Shown piece by piece: positions 49,432 to 59,178 of a DNA stretch of 64,000 bases. Under the pieces are notes generated by a model. That model was not told where the DNA came from and did no database searches. It worked only from the letters and a program-made list of their open reading frames with translations. The position numbers and the translations under genes are program-made. Every line of letters starts with the position of its first letter. Positions within the stretch are counted from its first letter, which is position 1. The stretch is from a virus. Lineage: Duplodnaviria; Caudoviricetes. The DNA lies in the IMG/VR virus record IMGVR_UViG_3300034111_000674, positions 10,243-74,242 of that record. One strand, given 5' to 3'.

Positions 49432-50374
49432 GGGTTTTTAATTCCTGCAATGCTTTTTGTATTGAGTCTTCATTTAAGTTCAATACATAGCGTAAGTACT
49501 CGCACACTTCTTCACTCAGTGTTAGTTCTGGAGATAAAATAAGTGCTGTATCAGTTTCACGTTTGACAATCTTTTTGTCTATCAAACTGCTGTCTTCTAC
49601 ACCACTCAATTCACTCATGTCGCCTTCTACCTCGTAGACAGTGTGGTGATAGTCTGTGGCAACCATGGCTTCGCCAGCCCTGACTGTTTTACGGATCAGT
49701 TGTGGTACCTCTAACTTCTTCCAAACATGCTCCAAAGTATCAGAATCCACAACAATAACGCCGGTGTCGACAAGACCGCGATGAAAACTAGTGGTAACGG
49801 GACTACCAGGGTAAAGAATATTACGCTGGCAATTGTCATAACTGTGAAGATCACCGGCGAGAACCAGACTCCAGCGGTCAAAGATTTCCAGAGGTACTTC
49901 GGGTTTAACATGTGGTGGTATCTCTCCTCTTACGTGGGTGCACAGTATACGATTGTGTAGGCTAACAAAAGTATTATCTGGATCTTTTTCCCACTCTTTG
50001 AGCTTGTTGTATGGTATAATATCTACTACTCCATTACTCCAGTAGTCGTCTACAACAGTCACCAATTCATTGATCTTGTTGGTAGCGCCTTTGAGATTGG
50101 TTAAAAAAGTAGTATTACGTTTGACTGCTTCGTGATTGCCGCTGTAGATGTACGTGGGAATGCTGCAGCTGGCCACAAAGTCAAAGTAGACTTCTAGCTC
50201 TTCCATGGACGGTAGCTTGTCAAATATGTCACCACCCACAATCATGATATCACACTCTTTTTGAATCTCCCACAGCTGATCCATCAAGACTTCATATCGA
50301 TTGCGTGCCCATTCAACAGGGACATTTTTCTGGCCAAGCTTAATGTGAATATCTGCTATAAATAGTATCTTCAT
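49412..50374 (-). CDS. D12: SbcD/Mre11-like nuclease (T5 D12-like)
   Basis: ADIH, GGDIFD, GNHE, GDLH, YPGSP metallophosphoesterase motifs. Confidence 0.9.
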   Translation of the reverse strand: MKILFIADIHIKLGQKNVPVEWARNRYEVLMDQLWEIQKECDIMIVGGDIFDKLPSMEELEVYFDFVASCSIPTYIYSGNHEAVKRNTTFLTNLKGATNKINELVTVVDDYWSNGVVDIIPYNKLKEWEKDPDNTFVSLHNRILCTHVRGEIPPHVKPEVPLEIFDRWSLVLAGDLHSYDNCQRNILYPGSPVTTSFHRGLVDTGVIVVDSDTLEHVWKKLEVPQLIRKTVRAGEAMVATDYHHTVYEVEGDMSELSGVEDSSLIDKKIVKRETDTALILSPELTLSEEVCEYLRYVLNLNEDSIQKALQELKTHEHRIN

Positions 50375-50388
50375 AACACCTCAGTGAG

Positions 50389-50425
50389 AAAAGCCCCTAA
50401 GAGTTGTAGTTCTTAGGGGCTTTTT
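50389..50425 (-). terminator. Rho-independent terminator after D11
   Basis: AAAAGCCCCTAAGA / TCTTAGGGGCTTTT stem. Confidence 0.85.
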
Positions 50426-50427
50426 AA

Positions 50428-51066
50428 TTAACCTAGTTCTTTGATAGACTCTGGGTCTACACCGTCTTCACCATCACTAGCAGCGCCTGCTACAATCTTT
50501 TCGAGAGCGGCTTTTACTTCTTCTGGAGAAGGACGTGGGAACTTTGAATCAATGTTTTCCGCTCCTTCGGCCAAGGCCCTTTCATCTGGTGTCAGTGCAC
50601 GAACCTTGCACTTCAACACACTTAAATTGTACTCTACATTGAATGGTAGAGGGCCGGTCTTGGTACGCTTGAATACAACATCCCAACCACCATCATAATC
50701 AGTCGGGTCGCCCAAATCTTCTGCTGCATTGATGATTTGCTCAAACAGCTTCTTTTTCAGGTTTAGTGCCTTGACCTTGCCGTCTTTGGGATCGATGCAA
50801 TTGATTGAGTACGCCCAGCTGCACTTCTTGTCAGAGAAGTAGCTCGGTACGTGGTCTACTTCCACATTTGTAAACTTTTCCTTTTCACGATCAAAGGCCA
50901 AGCACTCGATAGGGATGTCTTTGTTGTTGGTACCCTTTAGCCAGTACACATATCGTGGTAGGACCCCGCCGATAAGACGAACAGTATTGTCACCGTCTTT
51001 GTACTCATAAGCCTCTACAGACTTCTTAACTGCCTTGCCTTTTGTTTCGCCAAATTTTAGAGCCAT
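50428..51066 (-). CDS. D11: ssDNA-binding protein (T5 D11-like)
   Basis: VRLIGGVLPRYVYW; DPTDYDGGWDVVFKRTKTGP; acidic tail; synteny. Confidence 0.75.
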   Translation of the reverse strand: MALKFGETKGKAVKKSVEAYEYKDGDNTVRLIGGVLPRYVYWLKGTNNKDIPIECLAFDREKEKFTNVEVDHVPSYFSDKKCSWAYSINCIDPKDGKVKALNLKKKLFEQIINAAEDLGDPTDYDGGWDVVFKRTKTGPLPFNVEYNLSVLKCKVRALTPDERALAEGAENIDSKFPRPSPEEVKAALEKIVAGAASDGEDGVDPESIKELG

Positions 51067-51451
51067 TGTAAATTTCCTCGTATTTGAATTTGATTAGATT
51101 GGTTTCAATAATTAATAATGGATTGTTTTTTATTTTATCTATTAAAAGATCTGGAAAAAATGATCTGTCTAGTGTTATCACACCGTATGTTTTATATAGG
51201 AACCAGTCACGACGTCCTGCCAATCGCACGTATTGCGTTCTATAACCAGGGTCAATGTTTTCTAGGTTCAATACTGGATCTGGATTCAGTAAGTAACTGG
51301 TGCCTTTTAACGATGTTTTACTAGGTTTATATTTAGATTTAGAGCTAGAGGGGATGCTGCCACGGTGATGATAGGTAAGCAGTGCTAAGAATTTATCGGG
51401 GTCACCTGCAGCTTCCCTCTCCAAGACCTCTAAGTTAAAAAATAAAGCCAT
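51026..51451 (-). CDS. Conserved T5-like hypothetical protein
   Basis: ORF downstream of promoter, between D10 and D11 positions; 41-nt overlap with D11. Confidence 0.6.
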   Translation of the reverse strand: MALFFNLEVLEREAAGDPDKFLALLTYHHRGSIPSSSKSKYKPSKTSLKGTSYLLNPDPVLNLENIDPGYRTQYVRLAGRRDWFLYKTYGVITLDRSFFPDLLIDKIKNNPLLIIETNLIKFKYEEIYNGSKIWRNKRQGS

Positions 51452-51471
51452 TATCTGCCTTAAGAAATACT

Positions 51472-51500
51472 ATTATAGCATTTATGATTTATTGTGGCAA
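51472..51500 (-). promoter_or_regulatory. sigma70 promoter
   Basis: TTGCCA-N17-TATAAT. Confidence 0.8.
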
Positions 51501-51518
51501 GTCAAAATTTATCTTGCC

Positions 51519-52832
51519 TTACAATCTTTCTACTGTCCAGCCCTTGTCCATGTAAAAACCCAATCGCAGTGCGGCTTGACGTTTTTCTGGTCCACTAGCA
51601 AATGCTATGTCTAGTACAATAGGATCTGGTTTATTTGGGTGTAGTCTCATGACTCGCCCAATTATTTGTTCTAAGCTGATGGGATTGGAGGTAGGTACTG
51701 CCAATATAACACAACTCAGTCTGTTAATGGAGATTCCTTCTGAGAAGATTTGACGGCTTCCAGCAACACACATTTTTGTTTCACTTTCGAGTTCTTCAAT
51801 GATGTGTTTGCGTTGTTCATATGTTGTGGAGCCTGTAACAAGCGCGCAAGTTTCTTTTCCAATCTTGTTTCTCACTTTCTCCAAAAACTCAGTTCGGTCA
51901 GCCACTATCAACACACTGTGTCCATGGCCTATCTGGATTGCTGCCATGGCTGCTACAAAGTTTTGATAGTCCTCACTGTAGAGTAGATCGTTGATCTTTT
52001 CTACCCAGGTTCCATCATTTTTTAAGTGCAGTCCTGTGTTTACAATCTTTACCGTTGGGTTCAGTGTATGACTTTGTGGAGGTCTGTAAATCTTGTCACC
52101 AAAGTAGTCACGAAACACAACGTGTTTGCCATCTGTACGTTCCATTGTACCACTTAAAGCAATACGATATCGGCTATACATACCATCTATCAATTGCCCA
52201 AAAGTTTCAGCAGGTACGTGGTGAGCTTCGTCTAGTATGATGGTACCAAACTCCTTACTCAAGACTGCTATGTGCTTGATGACAGTTTGAATGTTGCCGA
52301 TGACAATAAAGTGATCTTCAATATCAAAGTCACCACTGCCAATGATTCCAGGCGTCAAGCCGTAAAGACTTTGTACTTCGCCTATCCACTGATCACGCAA
52401 AAAGGTATTGTGAGTGATTACCAGTGTTTTTTGACCAAACTTGCGAGCCAAGTGTAAGGCAGTAAATGTTTTACCCCAACCCACTAGTGCGTTTATGAAA
52501 CAGGTATCCTCAACCTGATCGTACACTGGTTGTTGACTGTCTCGTAGCTGAAACCGTGGATTTGGGAAGGGTACTTCGTGAGTGACCCTTTTATCTACGA
52601 TTTCATACTCTGGTGGTATCAGGTCCCATCGACCCTGAGGAATACTCACTATGTCTCGTGGCAGAATCTTGTAGTTTTTAATGGTTTCAATCTTCTTGGT
52701 TTTGCCCTTTTGACCAGCTCTGGTTTCGATCCGGTATGTAAGGCTATCTATCAACTGCTTTAGGTGTTCGTGGTTTTTTGGTTTTAAGTATATTCGATTG
52801 CTAACAATTGCTTTTGGTTTTTCTGCTGTCAT
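51519..52832 (-). CDS. D10: SF2 helicase (T5 D10/UvsW-like)
   Basis: VGWGKT, DEAHH, LSGT, EQIIGRVMR. Confidence 0.9.
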   Translation of the reverse strand: MTAEKPKAIVSNRIYLKPKNHEHLKQLIDSLTYRIETRAGQKGKTKKIETIKNYKILPRDIVSIPQGRWDLIPPEYEIVDKRVTHEVPFPNPRFQLRDSQQPVYDQVEDTCFINALVGWGKTFTALHLARKFGQKTLVITHNTFLRDQWIGEVQSLYGLTPGIIGSGDFDIEDHFIVIGNIQTVIKHIAVLSKEFGTIILDEAHHVPAETFGQLIDGMYSRYRIALSGTMERTDGKHVVFRDYFGDKIYRPPQSHTLNPTVKIVNTGLHLKNDGTWVEKINDLLYSEDYQNFVAAMAAIQIGHGHSVLIVADRTEFLEKVRNKIGKETCALVTGSTTYEQRKHIIEELESETKMCVAGSRQIFSEGISINRLSCVILAVPTSNPISLEQIIGRVMRLHPNKPDPIVLDIAFASGPEKRQAALRLGFYMDKGWTVERL

Positions 52833-53356
52833 ACCATTCTTACTGTGTCGGTCAGTTTGTCTGGATACAGTCCGTATAACAAGTACCCTGTACCCACCAA
52901 TAACAATCCGGCATATTTACAGTCTTGGTTTGGCGCGTGCAAAACTTTGAATCTGGTTCCAACGCCCTGTACTTCTACAATGGCACCGCCTGTTTTGATA
53001 GGAATGATCTGACTGATACTCTTGAACACAAGAGGCACCCTTTTGGTCTTACGGTACTCAAAAACATACCCGGTACTATCAATAAACCAAGTGCCACCCT
53101 TGCTTAACTTGATCATGTCGCCTAGAAAAAACACTGCATGTCTCAGCTTTGCCAAGGCCACGCCACTGTTCTTCAATTGCAGCCTTCTCATGGCAAGACT
53201 GTTGCCTGGTGTACTGGTATCGTCAACTACTAGGGTCTTGGTTTCTACCTCACCATCTTTGTGGTGAGTTTCGTAGTGGTAATACCAACGTGTGCCTTCA
53301 CGATTGGGCTTGTCATGACCCAAGTGATAGATTGGAAACTGGATCTGATTAAGCAT
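52829..53356 (-). CDS. Conserved hypothetical protein between pol and D10
   Basis: ORF translationally coupled to pol stop; T5-like position. Confidence 0.6.
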   Translation of the reverse strand: MLNQIQFPIYHLGHDKPNREGTRWYYHYETHHKDGEVETKTLVVDDTSTPGNSLAMRRLQLKNSGVALAKLRHAVFFLGDMIKLSKGGTWFIDSTGYVFEYRKTKRVPLVFKSISQIIPIKTGGAIVEVQGVGTRFKVLHAPNQDCKYAGLLLVGTGYLLYGLYPDKLTDTVRMV

Positions 53357-55640
53357 TTTTAACAAGAATTCCGTTTTCTAGTGTGTAGTGTTCTTCGAAC
53401 TTGTCAAAGCTGTAGTCTTGGCCCACATCTTGATCTACGCCAATAGGTGATCCCAGGATGCTGCAGCCGCGGTCTTTTTGTGTGTTAAGTTTCAAGATTT
53501 CACAGTAAGTTTCTACGTGTTCGTCTTTTACCAGTGCTACAATGCTGTCGTGTACCAACATAAAGATTTTAGCGTCTAAGTTGATGTTATTGCAAAAATC
53601 CTGAGTGTCCATCGCCCCCAATAGATTTACGTCTGAGGCTAGGCTTTGTACTTCCGCGTTAATTCCCGAACGTACTTCATGCGCTGCAATTCCTTTGTCC
53701 GCTGAGAATACGTTTGGTAGACGCCTTTTACGGCCAAAGAATGAATATGTATACCCATTAGTCTCAATGAATGTCTTTCGCTGATCCAGCCAAGTCTTGA
53801 GCTTCTTGAAGCGAGTAAAATACTGGCTAATGTCGTCTTTTGCTTGGGAGATAGGGTAGGATTCTCCAGTTGCTTTCGTAACCGACTGGCTAACCTTTGC
53901 TGGGCCCGAACCGTATAATATTCCAAAACTGATTGCTTTCGCACTCTGACGTAGAGAGCCATACTGTTTCTTAACATCTTCTACCTCACATGGTAAGTTG
54001 AATACCATTTTAGCAATACTACTGTGAAAGTCTCCGCCACTGGAGAACACACTTTGTAGGTTCTTGTCACCACTCAACACAGCAGCATAATACATCTCTG
54101 CTGTTGTCAAGTCCTGACTTACAATCTTGTAACCAGTTGGAGCGACAATACATCCTTTAATGATAGGATCGTCTCGTGGAATTTGCTGAGCATTAAATTT
54201 ACCACTGCTAGATAAACGCCCGCTTGTGGTAAAGATAAGATTAAAATTGGTACGAATTCGGCTATCACGATCTAACTCCGGTAATATTTTGCTAACATAG
54301 CTTGACTGAATCTTAGCAAGCTGGCGTACAGTGAGGATCTGGGCAGGGAGGGGATGCTCTTCACTGAGTTCTTCAAGTACTTCAGCATCGGTTGATAGTG
54401 CCCCCGTTTTGGTGAGTTTGCCTGTTGGAGTAAGTCCCACATAGTCAAATAACACTGTTCTAAGCTGTTGAACTGAATTGGGGTTGAAGATCTTGCCACT
54501 ATCTTTTTCAAATGCTTTAACTTCCTCAAAACTATAAACCTTTTCTTTAGCTTCTAAAATCCACTTGTCCAAGTAACCGCCGGCCGCCTCCAATCGTGGC
54601 TTGCTCATGGGAATGCCCACCTCTTCCATGTCCATCAAGAACAAGGTGCCACGGATCAACAGATTTTGGTACACCCAAGTCAGTTTGGGATTCTTTTGGA
54701 TCAACGGATGGAACTTTTCGTACAATTCTAGGGTCACAGCAGTGTCGATTGAGGCGTACTTGCTGATCACATCAAAGGGAATGAGGTCGTAGGTAAAGTC
54801 CTCTTCTAGCAGGCCATACTGCTTGCAGTAACTCTTTTTGAAGTCGTCTAGTTCACTGTCGTAGTCGCCATAGTCGGTGTACTTTAGGGCCAATTGTTTT
54901 AAACCGTGACTATCTGTTTCGTCCAGTACATAGTGCATAACCATAGTGTCATGCACTCTGGCTCTGTTGAAGTCGATGCCTAGATGGTAATAGATCATCT
55001 TGTAGTCAAACTTCATGTTGTGAAACACAATGCTGTACTTGTCGACGATCCTGTTGATCAAGTCCAGGTGCCGGACGTCTAACACATCTGTCAAGATATA
55101 TCGACCCTGCTTTTTCTTGTAGCTCAAGCTCAAACCCAACACATAACCATCTCGTGGATACAGTGCAGTTGTTTCCGTGTCTAGTGCAACCACATCTACC
55201 GCATTGTCGAACACTTCTTGTAAGTACTCCAGTGCTTCTTCAGAGTCGTTGATGCCCTTAAAGTCGCCAGTTTGACTACTATTTTTGACGTTGCCTGCTG
55301 CATACTGCTTGATCTTGTCTGCTGCACGCTCAAAATCTGGCTTACCCTCTGGCTTAAAAATCAGCATGGCTGGGTTGGTAATACATACCCACTTATCGTC
55401 AATCAACAATCCAGCATAGTTGGTAACACTGCTGACTTTGGCATACTCTTTTGCAGCCTCTGAGCCTACCAAGATCACTAGGTCAAACGGATCTAACAGA
55501 CTCCGATCCAAGTCCACATCTTTTTTCAGCAACTTTTGAATTGGTACTGAACTCATGTGAAAAACCTCAAACTCAAAGTCAAAGTACTTTGAGTAGTCAT
55601 TACGACTAGGTGCTTTATCAACTATTGCTATCTTTTTCAC
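53349..55640 (-). CDS. pol: DNA polymerase family A (T5-like) with 3'-5' exonuclease
   Basis: LDTET, FHNMKFD, YASID; SQDLTTAE; RQSAKAISFGILYG (Phe at E. coli 762 position); VHDSI. Confidence 0.95.
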   Translation of the reverse strand: MKKIAIVDKAPSRNDYSKYFDFEFEVFHMSSVPIQKLLKKDVDLDRSLLDPFDLVILVGSEAAKEYAKVSSVTNYAGLLIDDKWVCITNPAMLIFKPEGKPDFERAADKIKQYAAGNVKNSSQTGDFKGINDSEEALEYLQEVFDNAVDVVALDTETTALYPRDGYVLGLSLSYKKKQGRYILTDVLDVRHLDLINRIVDKYSIVFHNMKFDYKMIYYHLGIDFNRARVHDTMVMHYVLDETDSHGLKQLALKYTDYGDYDSELDDFKKSYCKQYGLLEEDFTYDLIPFDVISKYASIDTAVTLELYEKFHPLIQKNPKLTWVYQNLLIRGTLFLMDMEEVGIPMSKPRLEAAGGYLDKWILEAKEKVYSFEEVKAFEKDSGKIFNPNSVQQLRTVLFDYVGLTPTGKLTKTGALSTDAEVLEELSEEHPLPAQILTVRQLAKIQSSYVSKILPELDRDSRIRTNFNLIFTTSGRLSSSGKFNAQQIPRDDPIIKGCIVAPTGYKIVSQDLTTAEMYYAAVLSGDKNLQSVFSSGGDFHSSIAKMVFNLPCEVEDVKKQYGSLRQSAKAISFGILYGSGPAKVSQSVTKATGESYPISQAKDDISQYFTRFKKLKTWLDQRKTFIETNGYTYSFFGRKRRLPNVFSADKGIAAHEVRSGINAEVQSLASDVNLLGAMDTQDFCNNINLDAKIFMLVHDSIVALVKDEHVETYCEILKLNTQKDRGCSILGSPIGVDQDVGQDYSFDKFEEHYTLENGILVKNA

Positions 55641-56487
55641 TTATGTATTCCTTGATGCTGTCCACATACTCTTGGCTCAACTCACCTGGGTCACTGTCTT
55701 CTTCTAATACAATCTTTTCAGTTATGTACCCACATTCTTGTAACACAGGTTCCAGTTTGTTCATCGCATCCTGTCCTGCTTTATCGCCATCGTACATGAG
55801 ATATAATTTTACTATGCCCTGAGCTTTCAAACCCAACAGTTTAAGCTCTGGTTCTTTGAACAGAGTGTTTGTTCCAAAGGTACAGCATACGTTGTGCAAC
55901 CCCTTGTCGTACAGGTTCAGCATGTCAAATATGCCTTCTACTAACACTGCACTGGTATATCGTTCGGGGAACACCTCTGGGTAGATTGGCATTGTTACAC
56001 CACGAGGATAGTTCAAGTAACGCGGGTTGCCGTCACTCATCATGTGGCGGCCTACGTATACCATGTTTTTACCACGAATGTCACGAATGGGAAACCAGAT
56101 TCTGTCAGTTAATTCACTGCCACTGTTGACGTAAAAGGAATCGAACTCTTTTAAGGTTTTAACACTGATACCTCGAAAAGACTTTGTCATTGGAACAAAG
56201 GCCTCTGGAAACTCCACTCCGTTGAAGTTTAGGTTTAACTCTTTTAACTTTTCTTTTAGTTTTGCCACTTTGATACTAGTAAAATTACCTACTACGCCAA
56301 AGTGTTTGAATATGTTTGTTTTAAACCCACAGCTAAAACAATGACTGACTCCAGTGATGCGATCTACTCTGAAACTGGGGTTGCTGTCGTCATGCTCAGG
56401 ATTGAGACAGCGTATAAGGTAATCCCTGCCACTCACTGTGAAACTGATGTTTTGTTTATTTAGTAGGTCTAGTACGTGGTCCGTCAT
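55618..56487 (-). CDS. DNA primase
   Basis: CLNPEH...CFSCG zinc finger; Toprim EGIFD...YDGD. Confidence 0.9.
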   Translation of the reverse strand: MTDHVLDLLNKQNISFTVSGRDYLIRCLNPEHDDSNPSFRVDRITGVSHCFSCGFKTNIFKHFGVVGNFTSIKVAKLKEKLKELNLNFNGVEFPEAFVPMTKSFRGISVKTLKEFDSFYVNSGSELTDRIWFPIRDIRGKNMVYVGRHMMSDGNPRYLNYPRGVTMPIYPEVFPERYTSAVLVEGIFDMLNLYDKGLHNVCCTFGTNTLFKEPELKLLGLKAQGIVKLYLMYDGDKAGQDAMNKLEPVLQECGYITEKIVLEEDSDPGELSQEYVDSIKEYISEKDSNS

Positions 56488-56680
56488 ATATGCGTTTTTC
56501 CCAGTTGTATCCTGCTTCGGCCCGTTTAACTACGCGTTCCAACTTTAGTTTAATACCTACAAGTTCTTTGTATTCTCTCAATGAGCCAACGTAGTTTGCA
56601 AGACTAAACTTACCCAGAACTATACTCATTAACTCATTGGCTTCTTTTAAGTTTTTAAGTTGCTTTTCTTTGTAGTTCAT
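56456..56680 (-). CDS. Hypothetical protein (74 aa)
   Basis: ATGA overlap with helicase stop. Confidence 0.55.
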   Translation of the reverse strand: MNYKEKQLKNLKEANELMSIVLGKFSLANYVGSLREYKELVGIKLKLERVVKRAEAGYNWEKRIYDGPRTRPTK

Positions 56681-58062
56681 ATGTTCCAAGGAATATCACT
56701 GTCGCTGTCGTCTTGCTTTGCTGCTTCTTTCTTTTTCGAAGCTCTCTTGACGGTTTCTTTTTTCTCAGGGGCTTCAATCTCATGAGGGCTGATGCGCAAG
56801 CTATCCCAGTTGATTGGTGATGTAAAAGTCATTTCACGACCGCCACGAATCTTTGTGGTAGAGAAGGTGAGTGCACCCTTGTCTTTTTCATGAGCCTCCA
56901 TTACCAAAGCAATGTCAGCAGCATCAAGAATGCCCTTGGCAAACCGTGCCTCACCACTTGCATCAATCTGATAAGGGCTAACCATAACAAGATCGTATTT
57001 TCTACCCAATTCTTTCAACTTTTTAGAGATTACAATCTGTGGCTGCCAATCAAACTGGCTGGCTCCTTCAACTACAATCTGGTTCAAGTAGTCTACTACT
57101 GCCACTGTAAACTTGTCACCAAACTTGGCTTTCAATTTACCCAAGTGTAAGTCTAGACTGGTCAGGGTCAGTGCACGGTCATCAATGATAATCATTTGAT
57201 TGTCAGGCTTCAATCGCTTTTCACGTACTAAAGCCTGCTCAAATTTGATCTTGTCTCGGTGAGCTTTGAAAGCTTCTACCAGGTCATCACTGTCTTGAAA
57301 CATCGCCGCTCTGGCTTTGACAACCTTTAACAGTTCTTCTTCTGTTAAACGATTTTGTTTCAAGTTTTGATGACTCACATCAGCCAAGATGCTCAAGTTA
57401 CGTTCGAGCACCTCGTGTGCAATCATTTCAATACTGAAGATAACACTTGTATTACCAGACTCGTACTGGTTAACAGCAATATTGCTGCTGCAAATAGACT
57501 TGCCGCTACCTCTCTTACCGCCAATGAGAACGAGCTCCTGCCTTGCAACACCAGCGAGGGTAGCATCGAAAGTATTGTTAAAACCAAGGTGTATACGGTC
57601 ACGGGCTAGTTCCTCTGCATTCTTGAACAACATAATGTCTGCCATGTTGTAGACGCCCTCTGTGGTGAGAGTCTTGTCATCCAACGTCAACACCATTGCA
57701 GCCAGGTTTTCCTTGATTTCCTGTGTGTCGTAGACTGGCAGTTTGTCTATAAACTTATCTAGTAGTTTGATTGTTTCGTTTTGTGTGTATTGGTCTATTA
57801 AGGCATTTAAGGCTACTTCAGAACTAATGTCAGGATTGTCGGCCAGTTTGAGCGTGGCCAACGTTCTGAGAGCAGGACCTTCTCGTAATGTGAGTTCTAA
57901 CTCATCAAAAGAAGGAATTGCACTGTAATTATCGTAGTACTTCTTAACTGCGCTATACAGACTTGAAAAAGCTGGATCCAGAAAGACGAGCTTTAACCTG
58001 GACCAAATGTCCAAGCTCCTTTCTGTCAACAACTTGTTTAAGACAATAGCACTACAATCCAT
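56677..58062 (-). CDS. D6: Replicative DnaB-like helicase (T5 D6-like)
   Basis: GGKRGSGKS; FSIEM; VVDYLN; SPYQ; KIR. Confidence 0.85.
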   Translation of the reverse strand: MDCSAIVLNKLLTERSLDIWSRLKLVFLDPAFSSLYSAVKKYYDNYSAIPSFDELELTLREGPALRTLATLKLADNPDISSEVALNALIDQYTQNETIKLLDKFIDKLPVYDTQEIKENLAAMVLTLDDKTLTTEGVYNMADIMLFKNAEELARDRIHLGFNNTFDATLAGVARQELVLIGGKRGSGKSICSSNIAVNQYESGNTSVIFSIEMIAHEVLERNLSILADVSHQNLKQNRLTEEELLKVVKARAAMFQDSDDLVEAFKAHRDKIKFEQALVREKRLKPDNQMIIIDDRALTLTSLDLHLGKLKAKFGDKFTVAVVDYLNQIVVEGASQFDWQPQIVISKKLKELGRKYDLVMVSPYQIDASGEARFAKGILDAADIALVMEAHEKDKGALTFSTTKIRGGREMTFTSPINWDSLRISPHEIEAPEKKETVKRASKKKEAAKQDDSDSDIPWNI

Positions 58063-58361
58063 TATACTACTCGAGATTCGTTATCGATAATTACTTGATC
58101 AATTATTTCTTCTACTTTATACAATACGTCGCTGCGAAGCTTTTTAATGTCTTGCTGATAGTTGTCACCACTATCATACAACAAACTCAACTGTTCATGT
58201 GTAGTCAACTGTTGCAGTCCAAAGTAAATCATGTCGTACGCCATTGTACTTTCAGGCGTTACTTCTACTTTGCAAGCCTTGCCATAGTTATGCGTTGCTT
58301 GGCGCACCACTTCTTCAACGGTCAGGCTGTCGTTATCATGATACGTTATTGTTACCTTCAT
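58062..58361 (-). CDS. Hypothetical protein (99 aa; start re-assigned to ATG 58361)
   Basis: GGAG SD; track start lies inside a terminator. Confidence 0.6.
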   Translation of the reverse strand: MKVTITYHDNDSLTVEEVVRQATHNYGKACKVEVTPESTMAYDMIYFGLQQLTTHEQLSLLYDSGDNYQQDIKKLRSDVLYKVEEIIDQVIIDNESRVV

Positions 58362-58374
58362 GATTCTCCAGTGC

Positions 58375-58407
58375 AAAAAGGGATAGAGTTTTTAGTCTCT
58401 ATCCCTT
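58375..58407 (-). terminator. Rho-independent terminator after D5
   Basis: AAGGGATAGAG-N8-CTCTATCCCTT-TTT on - strand. Confidence 0.85.
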
Positions 58408-58426
58408 GTATATAAAACTGCTGTGT

Positions 58427-59176
58427 TTAAGCAGCTACGGCCTTGGCTTCAGCCTTGGCCTTCTTTGCTTGACCGTCATAGTCAGCAACCTTGATGCCAC
58501 GACGGGTTAGGAGCGTCTTGATGCCACGCTCTGTCTTGTCTGCTGCGGCTGCGATTTCTGCAACAGTCATGGTAACAACCTTGTCACCCAGAGCACTCAC
58601 GGGATCAACCGTGTTCTGTGCATGGCTTTCACGCTGAGCAGGGATCTTTTCGATCTGACCGTTGCGTGTCAGGCTCAGTGCCTTGCCGCGTACGCTTGCA
58701 ATGCTCTTGTTCAATGCGACAGCAATGTCTTCGATGAACTTGCCAGCCTGTACCATAGTCACAAACTTGGTTTCTTCGGCCTCGCTGTAGGTACGCGCAG
58801 CTTCTACCTTTTCAGCAGGCTTTACTGAACCCGTTAGTTCTAGGGCTAACAGCTTGCCCTGAATTTGCTTGGCAGTGAACTTGCCATCAGCAAAACGCTC
58901 TGCGATTTCCTTGTAGGTCAGTGCGCCAGCCTTGCGAGCAACAAATTCCTTCAATGAGTTTGTTTCGCCTTCAGTAAATGCACTGGTCTTTTCCTTGGCC
59001 ATGGAAGCTACTTCGCGGTCAAGTTGACGTAGCTTGCTTGCCACTGAACGAGTACTGAAATCTAGTTCAGCAGCGGCTTGTTCTACCTTGGCTACGCTAA
59101 CTGGGCTGGCCGTACCTACAATGCTTAGTAGACGCGCAACAGCCTCATCTGACCACTTCTTTGCTTTTTCTGTCAT
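58427..59176 (-). CDS. D5: DNA-binding protein (T5 D5-like)
   Basis: Repeated KWSDE / STRSVASKLR / KSIASVRGKALSL / KTERGIKTLLTRRG helices; synteny. Confidence 0.8.
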   Translation of the reverse strand: MTEKAKKWSDEAVARLLSIVGTASPVSVAKVEQAAAELDFSTRSVASKLRQLDREVASMAKEKTSAFTEGETNSLKEFVARKAGALTYKEIAERFADGKFTAKQIQGKLLALELTGSVKPAEKVEAARTYSEAEETKFVTMVQAGKFIEDIAVALNKSIASVRGKALSLTRNGQIEKIPAQRESHAQNTVDPVSALGDKVVTMTVAEIAAAADKTERGIKTLLTRRGIKVADYDGQAKKAKAEAKAVAA

Positions 59177-59178
59177 GT

